Source of the DNA: Chrysomallon squamiferum
Lineage: Eukaryota; Animalia; Mollusca
DNA length: 64,000 nt
Assembly (NCBI GenBank): GCA_012295275.1
Contig: CM022675.1
Coordinates: forward strand, 2,480,001-2,544,000
Reading direction: 5' to 3'
Below, in pieces: positions 51,315 through 64,000 of the stretch. The position numbers and the translations under genes are program-made. Position 1 is the stretch's first letter; each line of letters begins with the position of its first letter. The notes beneath the pieces were generated by a model. That model had not been told where the DNA came from, made no database searches, and saw only the letters and a list, made by a program, of their open reading frames with translations.

Positions 51315-51928
51315 GAGTAGTTCCTTGACTTACGAAATTAATTCATTCTGTAATCGAGTTCGTGTATCAAATTTTTCGTATATCAAATCAATTTTCCCAA
51401 CTGCAATTAAATGAAATACAATTAATCCGTTCCGCTCCCTCACCCCCCCCAAAAAAACCCTCCAAAAACCAAAAAACATCCAACTATATTTTATTTATTT
51501 ATTTATTTTTGTATTTATTATTTTTATTTTTTATTTTTATTTTTTTTTATATATATATATTTTTTGTAAGGTTTTAGGTAAGAAAATGTATTTATCAGTG
51601 ACAAATATATATATATATAAAATAATAAATAAAGAGAATGTAAAGAAATAAATTGGTTTTGTAAATTATGTTAACGTCTTTAGGTGCAGTTATAGCCTTT
51701 ATGGACTCCTTCAGCTTCACTATGGTAGTTGTCGTAGACGTACTACGCTCGCACTGCTTAGCCAAGTCGACTACGTGCACACCTCACTCATGTTTTCTTT
51801 CTGTGATTTCAAGCTTTAATTCAAAGGATATCATCCGCTTCTTTTTCTCGGCACTGCTCTTTCCAATCACTTTCTTAGGATCAGTGGAAACTCGTAAGAC
51901 GGGGCACTCGTAAGTCGATGTACCACTG
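51315..51928 (-). mobile_element. Non-autonomous Tigger/pogo element (paralog of 27815-28404)
   Basis: TA-flanked TIR ending ...GTACCACTG|TA; VVDLAKQCERSTST HTH fragment. Confidence 0.8.
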
Positions 51929-52004
51929 TATATAAATTCAATTATAAAATCCGAAATTCAATATAAAATATATACATAGATAATTAAGTTGAAGTTCTAT
52001 TTAC

Positions 52005-52041
<37 letters not shown>

Positions 52042-52844
52042 TTTATTTATTTATTTATTTGTTTATTTATTTATTTATTGTTAAGTTATGACACATAAAT
52101 TGAAGGGCATTATCTCTATATCACTATTCTCGTACAGAAAAAGTATATATAATCAGGTACTGTCTGGGTGTACTTACATATGTATGTATGTATCTGTCTG
52201 TATCTCTGGATGTATGTATATATCTGTGAATGCTTTTATATATATATATATATATATACGCACAAGACATGTTTGTGTTATAGATTCTGGATAGGTGTGA
52301 ATATGTTTATATATATGTTCTTATGTGTGGGTGTGTGCGCGCGCGCGCGCGTGTGTAAATACTCACATACATATTTGTATCGATATATGTTTAAATAGCA
52401 GTGTTTTAACATACTTGAATACAAACGGTTTGGAGATGGCAGACAAAATGTCAGACATCTTTGTGTGCTACATTTAACAAGATGAATTCGCCTTCTTGCT
52501 TTTTAAAACATCAAACAAAACGCTAAGTATGTATTACGGGTCATGCGTATCTGTGTTTCTGGCGCACTAGACGTCAGTGACCGTGCTTGAATACGTACCA
52601 GCCAAGACCGGTTTCATTTTTATTTTATTTTAGTGATGTATGACAAGTGAAGGAAAACAGCGAGTGATGTTGTGAGAGTGGAGTACTAGTCTAGATGTGC
52701 AGTGATGTGTTACACGTGTTTGAACAGGTTTGTGATATTATTCAGAGAGATGTCAAACCAGTTATCTCGTTTTTTAATCTTTTTTTTTAGTAAAAACTTC
52801 TCAAGACTTTTAGCGTCTTTTATCTTAAATAAAAAATACAATAA

Positions 52845-52885
<41 letters not shown>

Positions 52886-53740
52886 GTAAAACAGGAAAAT
52901 ATTATAGAAGCACATACACTAGAATTAATAAATAAAGAGAGAAAGAAAGGAGGAAAGAGAGAAAGAACGAAATAATTTCAGTATATAAAAGGCCGAGATT
53001 TATTCATAAAAGACATCGCTTGCAGTAAATTCTTGATTGCTCCGTTCTATTTTGTCTACGAAAACACAAACAAACATATATAGAGACACGCCAACAATAA
53101 TAATAAAAAGATGATGAATAAATAAAAACATTACTAAAAGTAAACTATTATTTAAAAATATATTAATTGCATGAGTTAAACAGATTGCAGAAACATGTTT
53201 ACGATAGTATTTCTCAGACATTATAAAGATGTTTTAAAAAGAATGTAACTGAATGTGGCGTGATATGCACTTGCAGGGTCGTATATAAATAGTTTATACT
53301 AAACTAAGCTACCCTCATCAAACAAATAAAATTATAACAGATAACACTGCCTGAGAGATATAATTAACAACTACCCTTTTATTCTGAACAGTGTATAGAC
53401 TATTCATCTAAAAATACATCTTTGTGCTACACCCTAACACCTTAGAGATAACATCTATCTCCATGAATTCCACTTCTACTACGCTTGTGAAACAGTATTA
53501 GAGCGTCTTTGAAAACAGTCTCTGACACCTTTTAGAATGTGCCATCATACAGCATGATATTGAAATATTCGTTACTTTTAGCCTAAGAAAAGAGAAAGGG
53601 TATTTCTTTTTTACTCTGTAGAAATACGAAAACTTGCAATATCAAGCTTAATTTGAGATCGTCATTTATTTTGAAAGCCATTCAGTGCAGTATCTGTAAG
53701 CTCTCACAATCTGTGTAGATGGTATATTATGTCACTAAAA

Positions 53741-53786
<46 letters not shown>

Positions 53787-54119
53787 TCTATCATTTATTA
53801 CAAACAGACAAATATGCACACACAAAAACCCCCAGAAAATAATGACATTTAAGTTAAAAGCATCAACAAAATAAAAATATAAATAATAACTGATAAACTA
53901 AAATATGCTGAACAAGCCAGTGAAAAACGCATCATGGAAGACGTGTAATAGTGTAGATGAGCAGTGAGGCATCGCCAGTGTGTTTGTATTAGTTCACTAC
54001 AACAATCTAGTCAAACGTTGTCAAACTAATTTTCTTAATACTTTCTTCAAAACAGTTTTAAATTTCACTCACAAAATATATGCTGTTTTTACCGTAAAAT
54101 ATTAATGCAATAAAAGAAT

Positions 54120-54186
<67 letters not shown>

Positions 54187-54693
54187 TACAGAATACTAGC
54201 CAACAAACAGCAAGCCATACAGGATCAGTGAAGCATTTTCGTAGCGATGTCTCGAGGTAAAACTGCTTGTATGTCAAACAAAAACTACGAGATTCGATGT
54301 ATTATTATCTACACACAAACGTGAAACTTACTCTCGTAACGCCTGGATGAGTTTAGTCAATCTTAGGACGTTTTGGTCTCATTTCTTAATATTTTCTTAT
54401 ACGCAAATAAAATATCACTGTAAATAGACAAGTGTGAGAAACATAGCCAGTGTGGTAAGTAGAGTGAAAATGAAATACATTAGAGAGGAAAATGTCAAGA
54501 TATCCGTCACACCCAACTGACTGATAGTGAATGTTTGATTTTACTTTTAATTGTATTTATATCAGCGATTGATGGCGAACTGCTGTAGTACTAATAGTAG
54601 CAATAGTAGTAGTCTTAATAGTAGTGGTAGTAGTAGTGGTAGCAGTAGTAGTAGTAATAATAATAATAATCATAGCAATATTAGTAGTCTTAA

Positions 54694-54728
<35 letters not shown>

Positions 54729-54805
54729 CTAGCAGTAGTAGTATTAATAGTAGTAGTAGTAGTGGTAACAGTAGCAGTAGTTATAATAGTAGTAGTAATC
54801 GTAGC

Positions 54806-54851
<46 letters not shown>

Positions 54852-55375
54852 ATAATAATAATAGTAGTAGTAGTAGAGTAGTGGCAGTAGTAGTACTGGT
54901 AGTAGTAGTGGTGGTAGTAGTAGTAGTAATAATAATAGTAGTAGAGTAGTGAGTAGCAGTAGTAGTAGTGGTAGTAGTAGCACAAGTAGTACTGGTATTA
55001 GTAACATCATTAGTATTTTAATTCTTCTTTTTATAATTTTATTTTCTTCTGTTGTTTTAAAAATTTTGTTTTAAGAGAGAAGTTAATACTTTACATTCAT
55101 ATTTTTTATTTGTGTTTAAGATAATATTAAAAAAGAGAGTAAAACATCGTCCTAAGATTGCATAAATTCACCCCAGTGTTAAAATTGTAAGTCTCTCATT
55201 TGTGTGTATATAATAATAGTTGGATTGTTGTATCTTTTTGTTAGACACACAAACAGTTTTACCCTGAGACATCAAACCTATACTACAAATGAATTATCTG
55301 TACATTTTATGATAATGATCATTTTTAACTTTTTAATTATTATTGCTGTTGTTGTTGTTATTATTATTATTGTTA

Positions 55376-55448
<73 letters not shown>

Positions 55449-56453
55449 TTTGACCGAATTAATAATCAAACCAAACATACCTAAGTACATTATAATTCCA
55501 GCTTGGTAAATAGTTACAGAATAGACTAATGTTAGAAACAGGCAGATGAATGCGAACATTCACTGAACTTTTGGTGGCATCTTAACCCGTGACAGCACGA
55601 CCAATGAGCAACGACTACACATCTTGATTTGATATCATAGTTTGATCATCATAATTGTACAAGATTATATTTACATTCATCTATAAGTACTTAATTAAGT
55701 AGTGAAAATGTAATTTCATTGAGTAGTTAAAAAACTTACTAACTGTGGCAAAAATGTAGTATAGGCATTCAAGGGTTTTAATGTAAATGTATACATATAT
55801 ATATATATATATATATGTGTGTCACTTAAACTATGAATTTCAAAAGCCTAGGTTTGTTTTTCAATATCTTCAGATAGTCTGACAGCGAAATTATTTATTT
55901 ATTTATTTATTCATCTCAATAAAGCCATCCTTTAATGAAATAAAATTAGAAACAAATGTTATTATCTGATACATGTTACATTGATGATTCTGTATTATTT
56001 TACTGAAACATGAAAAGTGAAAAAATAGTGTTTCTGTGTGTTTGTGTTTTTATGTGTGTCCTTTATTCTATTTCACAGATTACTTATTTTTATTAGTTAT
56101 TATATTGTACTTCCATTATTCTTTTCAGATAAAAGTAGATAAAACTATTTTGAGGAAAACATTAAGTAAATAATAAACATATCTGAGCAGAAAAACACGA
56201 GCAATGGATACTTGCACTCATCTGTGACGACAGTAGTCTCTCTTGTTATGTCTCGACAGATATTTAGTTTAGTTTTGTCTGTTGTTAAATGTAGCAACAA
56301 ACATGTCTGCCATTTTCTTGTCATCTCTAAACGGATATTTGTTATAGTAAATTAATTCACAGTTGTCTTTTCTCTTTAGTGCTGCACATATAGAGGAATA
56401 CTGCTAGTACTACTACTAGTAATAATAATAACAATAATGATAATAACAACAAT

Positions 56454-56502
<49 letters not shown>

Positions 56503-57108
56503 TTGCTATTCGTTCAGTTGCTGCTGCTGGTACTAATAATACTCCTACTACTACCACGACAACTGTTACTACTACTGTTACACTTGATGGTAATGGACGA
56601 AAAACACTTCTTGAATGATTTCACTATAAGTGTATGTATTGACAATATTAAACTGGAGAAAAGAATAAGTTGAAAAATCAGCGATAGAGTAACACCAGAG
56701 ATAAAACTGAATAGAGAAATTAAATAGAAGACAAATTCTTTTTTTTTTAAACTATTCATAATTTTCATCAGTAACGGTATAAAACAATATCACTTGACAT
56801 CAACTGATTCTCTGCAGTCTTTACTGATAGCTCGTTGTGTAAGTACAGTAATCAAAACTAGAAAACAGACAGGAAAAACATCGTTATATGCATGAAGTAA
56901 TATGATAATTACAACAAGAACCTTCATCTTGGAAATAGCAGGGAAAAAGCTTTTCTTCTGACATGAATTTATACAACAAGCCGAATACCCCGAATATAGT
57001 ATTAATAATAATTATAAAAACATTAAATAAATCTCAAATAATATCTACGACATATTACAGAAAATAAACTACATGAGATGCACACCAATATGCTTTATTC
57101 AAAAACAA

Positions 57109-57156
<48 letters not shown>

Positions 57157-57267
57157 AAATACTAATAAATGAATTAAAATAAATAAAAAATATGAATCCA
57201 GCTACAGGAATAGGAAAGGAAGCAACAACAACAAAAAAAAGAAAAGAAAATAAAACTAAATGCAAAC

Positions 57268-57328
<61 letters not shown>

Positions 57329-57465
57329 TAAGGAATCGAATCATGCCAAACGAAATGAAAAACAAGCAAGAAAAAAGAAAAAAAGAAAAAAGAAAGAAAG
57401 GTATAATAGAAATGAATGCATAAACAATAAAACAGTTAGAATTTAAAAAGAAATGGAATAAAATA

Positions 57466-57503
<38 letters not shown>

Positions 57504-57715
57504 TCTGAAAACAGAAAAAAAGAAAAAAAAAGAAAGAAAAAGGAAGACAAATAATTAGCAAAACGTAATGTAGTTAGTGAAATATACTAAAGCGAAGACG
57601 AATTTTAAACAAAAGCAATTTTATCTAAAAGTATAAACAGTTTTCAACTTCAGTTCGGTACTAATGTATATGAAATATTTGTCAAGTTCACTAAATGTCA
57701 TGTTTGTTGACATAT

Positions 57716-57870
57716 TCATTTTACTGATTGGACTTTTTCTTCCTCAGGAAGACGACCACCACAATCCCAATGACAAGTGAGAAGATGATCACCATGACAA
57801 CACAGAGAACAATCAGTGTTGATACCAAGTTGATCAGATCCATGTTCTTCACCTGATGTCTGTGAGATAC
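57716..57870 (-). CDS. Copy D terminal exon, shifted to a hydrophilic Cys/His tail
   Basis: ...GINTDCSLCCHGDHLLTCHWDCGGRLPEEEKVQSVK*. Confidence 0.75.
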
Positions 57871-58294
57871 CTAGAAAGTAGTAATATTGTTAAACGTCAG
57901 ATTTTTGGAAACGTTCTTGCAGCTAATATATATATATATATATGAACTAAAATCTCCATTTAACTGTTTGTTTAATGTATATGAAAGAAAATGTCTATTC
58001 AACTGTTTGTTTAATATCACAAAACGAATCGCAAATACGATTAAAATTAAAGAAAACAAATAAACTCACGCGGTGTTCGATCTTCTACAATCACGTCCAG
58101 GACAGTGAATGTCTTTCTGACAAGTTCATCAGACGTTTCAGCAGATCTTCGTTTTCTTCCAGACTCTGCCTTCCCGTTGCAGTCCACCTGAAATTATAAA
58201 TATGAATGTGAAATTTGATTGTCTGATTTCTGATTTTGCGGAAAACGTTGAAAATTTCTCCATCTTGAAACAAATATAGCCATCAAGACAATGA

Positions 58295-58373
<79 letters not shown>

Positions 58374-58546
58374 CAATAATAGCAATAGTAATAAAAAATA
58401 ATATAAATCAACAACATCGAAATGACTGTTGTCTTCAAGTATTGTTAGTAAGGTAATCATAATTATTTATTTTTCCCTTTACTGAACACATTGCGTAAAA
58501 TCCTCGCATCACGAAACAATAAATAAATAAATATATAAATTAACTA

Positions 58547-58625
<79 letters not shown>

Positions 58626-59860
58626 CAACTTTAGTATAACCAACGTTAAAGTTTGTTTAGAAATGTTAAAACTTACAGGGTCGCACTGAGATTTTTGACC
58701 TGGAGGACAAACTTTGACAGAACATTCTGTAGAGACTGCGTTGTTTTTGTTAAAGGTGAAAGCTTTCAACTTGAATGTGACGTTGTTTCCTGATCTTTCA
58801 GGTTCCTGTATCATCAGTTTACCGATCTCAGACGAAGGACAGCTGAATAAGTAAAAGAATATAACATAAAATAGCATTTCTCTTTAGTTTCCTCGATCTA
58901 AATAAACTCTCGATTTTTTTTAGAAAGAGTGTCGCTTATTTCAGCTTTTAGAAATTATAAAGTTATTTATTCTAAAGTAATTAGTCTGCAGTTCGGTTGT
59001 TTATCAAGAGGTCACCAATGTATGTAAAATATAGTTCTGTGAATCGAGAATGTCTCTGAATTGTTGAAGTGAAAAAGAAACAGAACAAAACAGCAATACT
59101 ACTGCTATTTCTACTACTACTAATAACACACACACACACACATACATTCTGTGCTAAACAAGTATAAGTATATAAAAAAGCCTGTTAAAATAAAAGTTTA
59201 CCTGTCTTCAATGATTCTGAAAGATTCAGCATCTTCTCCAGTTTTCTGATTATCAGCAGTACATGATTCCACCCTGATAGTGCCTGATTCTAGCTCTGTT
59301 TAAAATGTATTGCAATATTCATGTTTAGAGATGTTGCTATCTCAAACAAAATTATATTGTTTGCAAGGAGTTATAATGAAGATTATGCTAAGAGTTGGGA
59401 ATTATATGTTGTCGTTACTAGTAGTTTTATCAGTATAATTAAAAAATAAATAAATATAGAATTTCAAAGGACTTTAAGAATAATTACATGCGTTAATGAT
59501 AATAACAACATATATATACAGACAAAAAAATTTCTTTGGAAAGTACAGAGTAGCATTCCTTTAGAACTCTGTTGATGATAATAACACTGATAATTATATA
59601 TAATCAAACTGTACTTAAAAATGGAAGATCAATTCTGAAAGCAAATGTCATCCATCAATATTTATTCTGCATTTCTGTCTGTATGTGCGCTTTACATCAC
59701 TTTTCATTTTTATATATTTTTTAAAAATGTATTTGATTATTATTCGTATTATTTTATTTATTTAAGTGTTTATTTATTTATTTATTTATCTATTTATCTT
59801 TTACAAGAAATAAGAAGATGAATAAAAAAGAAGAAATTACTATTATTACAACTACTTCTT

Positions 59861-59953
<93 letters not shown>

Positions 59954-61417
59954 TCAGTAATAAGGAATAAATGATGGGTACTCATACTTAAAAAAATTAT
60001 TATGAACAACAGGTAAAAAGAGTAAAACTAGAAACATAGTGATCAACACTTGGTTAGTGTTACCTGCACATTTGATACCAGCATCTTCTTCGTGGCCACA
60101 GGCAAAGTTACCCCATTGTAAACTGCACTGCTCAAGACTTGTTTCATTTCCCAAACAATGAATATTACACAGAAAGATAGGTCCCGATCCTTCACCAAAA
60201 TAAGCACTACCGACTGCTGTTGCATTTGAACTGTAAAACATGGAATGAGTCATTTGAAAATGTATTTCTTTACTGTCATTACATTTGTAATAATCCTTCT
60301 TACAAGGTTGTAGTAAGGAGCTACCATAATCATGTTTAGTGTCTTACGTAATCAAACAGCTATCATAATAATCATCATTAGTAATTTCGAAAAGAAAGAG
60401 AGATGTGTCCTAAAAGTAATACTAATAAGAATAATAAAAACTAAATACAAAATCGAGTCTGTTAATCATACTTATTATCAACTAGTTATTCCATGATTGC
60501 TAGCTTTCTGAAATAAACAATATTATTAATAACTTAGTAACAGCAGTTATCATAATCAGTCACAATAACTTAGTTAATAAAACAAAACTCTCCTGTAAAA
60601 TAGTAATCATTAACAAATTACTTAGTGAAACCGAACATTCTGCAGTAAACAGCTGTTAAAATAATCATTAGTAACAATTTACTTAGTGAAACCCAGCAAT
60701 CAAAAGTAAACAGCTGTTATAATAATCAGTATTAATAACTTACTTAGAAAACCCAGCATTCTGCAGTAAACATTTGTTATAATAATCATTACTAATAACT
60801 TACTTAGTAAACCCCAACATTCTGCAGTAAAGAGCTGCGTTGTAATCAGTATGATATTTATCACAGACTGTGCCCCACATTCCAAGATATTTAATCTCTA
60901 CTCGACCTTCTCGTTCTGAACTGCCTCCAACCAGACGAATTTCAGTTTCTGCTTTATCTTCTGCAGTAAGAAACAAAAGCCTATAAGAAACTAAATTGTC
61001 TTGTTATATCACACATACAATTTATCACTTAGGTTTTATCGCATTATTAATTTCGTTGTGTTTTGTCTCTAATACAATGAATGTTATTCTCCATAGAAGA
61101 AATGATTAAACATGTGGTAGATATGTAGAGACTGCTGTCTAAAATACATTACCTGAACAGAGCAGGGCTGTGTACTTCTCATGATCATCGTATACTATAA
61201 CTCTAAGGTAACACTCATTAATGTTCTTTTCCAGTCCTGTACAATACACATTTGATGTCCAAATCTTTTTGTTGCTTGACGTCAGATTATGCTCACGCTC
61301 ACTCAGTAATATTGCTTTATAACTTCTTTAAATAAATACATAAAAAGTACATCAATTTATATAGAGTAATTATGTCAGTTTTATATCAGTTTAAATGTTA
61401 TTAGAGATCTCATTTTA

Positions 61418-61454
<37 letters not shown>

Positions 61455-61718
61455 CATCATCATCATCATCATCATCATCATTATTATTAGCTTTAGTGGT
61501 ATTAGTACATGGTTTTAAGTGATATTTAACTGCTTTAATATTACATTCTGTTTCTATTTACTCGTTAAATCCAAGTGTTCTGCATAAAACTCTAGCAACT
61601 GTTGACGAAGGAAAAGCATCATACATTCTGCCACATTCATTGTTTATTTTCACTTCAACGACACCGTAGTTACTGTCTGGACCACCAACTAGTCGTAATT
61701 CAATGTTTGATATGTCCA
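57716..61718 (-). CDS. EGF-ZP/SRCR gene copy D, 3' half (5' exons presumably beyond the window); TM frameshifted
   Basis: Open exons 61562-61718, 61153-61325, 60804-60960, 60064-60230, 59202-59295, 58677-58842, 58070-58187 and 57716-57870. An 8-nt deletion at 57816/57817 removes the TM. Confidence 0.8.
58070..58187 (-). CDS. Copy D exon: furin site and EHP
   Basis: VDCNGKAESGRKRRSAETSDELVRKTFTVLDVIVEDRTP. Confidence 0.85.
58677..58842 (-). CDS. Copy D exon: ZP-C core
   Basis: CPSSEIGKLM...AFTF...ECSVKVCPPGQKSQCDP. Confidence 0.9.
59202..59295 (-). CDS. Copy D exon: ZP-C resumed
   Basis: LESGTIRVESCTADNQKTGEDAESFRIIED. Confidence 0.85.
60064..60230 (-). CDS. Copy D exon: SRCR4 second half
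   Basis: AYFGEGSGPIFLCNIHCLGNETSLEQC...ACGHEEDAGIKCA. Confidence 0.9.
60804..60960 (-). CDS. Copy D exon: SRCR4 first half (followed by donor minisatellite ~60530-60835)
   Basis: IRLVGGSSEREGRVEIKYLGMWGTVCDKY...YCRMLGFT. Confidence 0.9.
61153..61325 (-). CDS. Copy D exon: SRCR3 second half
   Basis: Near-identical to 5505-5677. Confidence 0.85.
61562..61718 (-). CDS. Copy D exon: SRCR3 first half
   Basis: Near-identical to 5114-5270, but the conserved W is changed to C (NECGRMYD). Confidence 0.85.
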
Positions 61719-61914
61719 CTAGAAAATAAACATAACAATAAAATCAATGCATTCTTTTTTTTATTCTTTTTCTTTTATTTGTATAGTTCATAAATACATT
61801 GCTTATTATTATTTTTCATTACTTATTTATTTATTATTAGTAGTATTTTTTTTTGGGGGGGCTTCTGCAGTTAAACATAGACAGAGAGAGATAAACAGAG
61901 AGAGACAGACAGAC

Positions 61915-62017
<103 letters not shown>

Positions 62018-62184
62018 CTTCTTCGTCTATTTATCTTCTCCGTCATCATCTTCATCGTGTTCATCTTCTTCTTCTTCTTCTTCTTGTTATTATTATTATT
62101 ATCATTATTATTATTATCGATATCATTATTGTTATTATTATCGTTATTATTACTACTATTATTATTATGATTCTGATTATTCTG

Positions 62185-62280
<96 letters not shown>

Positions 62281-62877
62281 GTTACATAAACACTGACGAA
62301 AATAAGAAAAAAAAGTCTTTACTATCAAGTTGGGAAGTTTGAACATTAGTTTCGTATACGTGACCCGGGTTAATCTAACCTTCGTCAGTGAACCTTGCAT
62401 CGTGAAAATCATACCACTCTGCATTTTTATCTTTAGAATACTGTATGACAGCAGGTGACAGCTGTGTGACAGCTTCATGTGTAATACATAAATTTAAACC
62501 AATTACAATAATGATGATGATGATGATGATGATGATGATAATAATTATAATAATAATAATGAAATAAAATAAAACTAAATCTAATAAAGTTTAGTAGACG
62601 AATTACCAAAAAGAAAAAACAAGAAAAAAATATAGTAATCAAACAGATAAAATAACAACAATACAAAGAAATATAAAAGAATAAATGAAAAAATTGTAAA
62701 TGCAAACAATTTGAAAAAACAATAGTTAAAGGAATGCTTATGAAAATAATCCATATTTGTTTTCAATCGATTCAGTAAACCAGTGATATTTAAGTGAAAG
62801 GAAGCAATAGAACGTACATTATGTCATAACATTACTGTTATTATTAAAATTATTATTATTAATTATTATTATTATTA

Positions 62878-62965
<88 letters not shown>

Positions 62966-63039
62966 TATTTTATTGATTTTTACTTTTCTTTTATTTCCCG
63001 GTTCAGAGAAATTTGTACATCATGGACATTATGAATATG

Positions 63040-63730
63040 AGGATGGTTTTCTACGGCCAAATAGGTCCCATGCATCGTTCTCCCAGTCGCCTACAAACAC
63101 GAAACATTGATTCGTCTGTGAATAATGTCTGATCCCATTGTCTGAGTCGCCAGTGTTGGTGTATTCTGGCCCATGTCAGACGTTCCTGAATGTGCCGCGT
63201 TTTCAGATGAAGAGCTTCAACAGGGTGACGTGCTTGTAGTCAAGCAGCATGGAGACGGTTACGGAGTTTGAACATGAATTCTAGTGTCTGTGGTTTGCTG
63301 TAAAATACGGGCTAAACGTGGAACACTTTCGAACCTGTGACGTCGAGACGACATCACTAAATACGTGTCTTCCCTTGGAGTAGTTAATCGTGGTCTACCA
63401 GAACGTGGTGGATCTCGCACTTGCTCAGTTTGGTGTACGCGGTGTTGGATATGTCATATGCTTCTGTCATGAACACCAAAGTACTGAGCGACGTCGATTA
63501 CTTGTTGGGGGCGTGATTCCGTCCTATGGCTTCTTGACGTTGATTTTCCGGTTAGCCTGGACAGCGACCCATTATAACAGGACGAATTCTTCCTTTTGTT
63601 TCTGGTTCAGTTCACGCGCTGCACGAGCTCACGGTGATTCCACGTGCACACACACAACGGCGTGCGATTTGACAAACGGTGTTCTTTTCACTTCACAAAG
63701 CGACAGGTCGGATGTAACTAACATATTACC
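63040..63730 (-). mobile_element. Degraded Tc1/mariner transposase fragment (paralog of 2940-3640)
   Basis: Reverse complement of the + strand copy, with the same RSGRPR and FTDES motifs. Confidence 0.85.
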
Positions 63731-63790
63731 AAGTCATATCTCTTTGTTTTAATTTATATTTCAGGTTCTTCCATCATCAGTTTGCCGATC

Positions 63791-63849
<59 letters not shown>

Positions 63850-64000
63850 TTATCTAATGTAAGATGAGAAGTATAGATCATAGGAAAACAAATATTTGAT
63901 TTTGTCAACGGAGTCAGAATACCTTAGATTTACCCATTATAATTATAAGTTGTTTTAAAAGAAAAAAAAAATGTCTTCTTCTGAATTTGCCTTTTCAATT

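Noticed and set aside
63390-63752. 120-aa ORF (and 3051-3302) as a novel protein
   Set aside because: It is the antisense frame of the degraded Tc1 transposase.

Overview
AT-rich, microsatellite-dense eukaryotic (invertebrate, very probably molluscan) genomic DNA with a 200-N scaffold gap at 13997-14196. Nearly all long ORFs in the supplied track are microsatellite read-throughs. The real content is a cluster of four copies of one multi-exon gene, reconstructed by hand from GT/AG junctions and exon phase. The copies are A (minus, 23.2 kb down to the gap, several lesions), B (minus, 48.5-36.9 kb, most complete), D (minus, 3' half in the window, 61.7-57.7 kb) and C (plus, 5'-truncated inverted near-copy of D, 5.1-8.7 kb). 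The protein is signal peptide - EGF(-EGF) - ZP-N - start of ZP-C - four group-A SRCR domains - remainder of ZP-C - furin site (RKRR) - TM. It resembles molluscan EGF-ZP proteins, but an SRCR cassette is inserted inside the ZP-C domain, unlike DMBT1-type proteins where SRCRs precede an intact ZP module. The copies show SRCR exons diverging faster than flanking introns, parallel decay of the same two half-domain exons, independent loss of the TM anchor in C and D, an in-frame EGF exon deletion, a mosaic copy B, and a 61-bp minisatellite made of repeated splice donors. Degraded Tc1, Tigger/pogo, L1/Tx1-like LINE and tRNA-derived SINE fragments lie between genes. All family assignments come from motif recognition by eye, not database searches.
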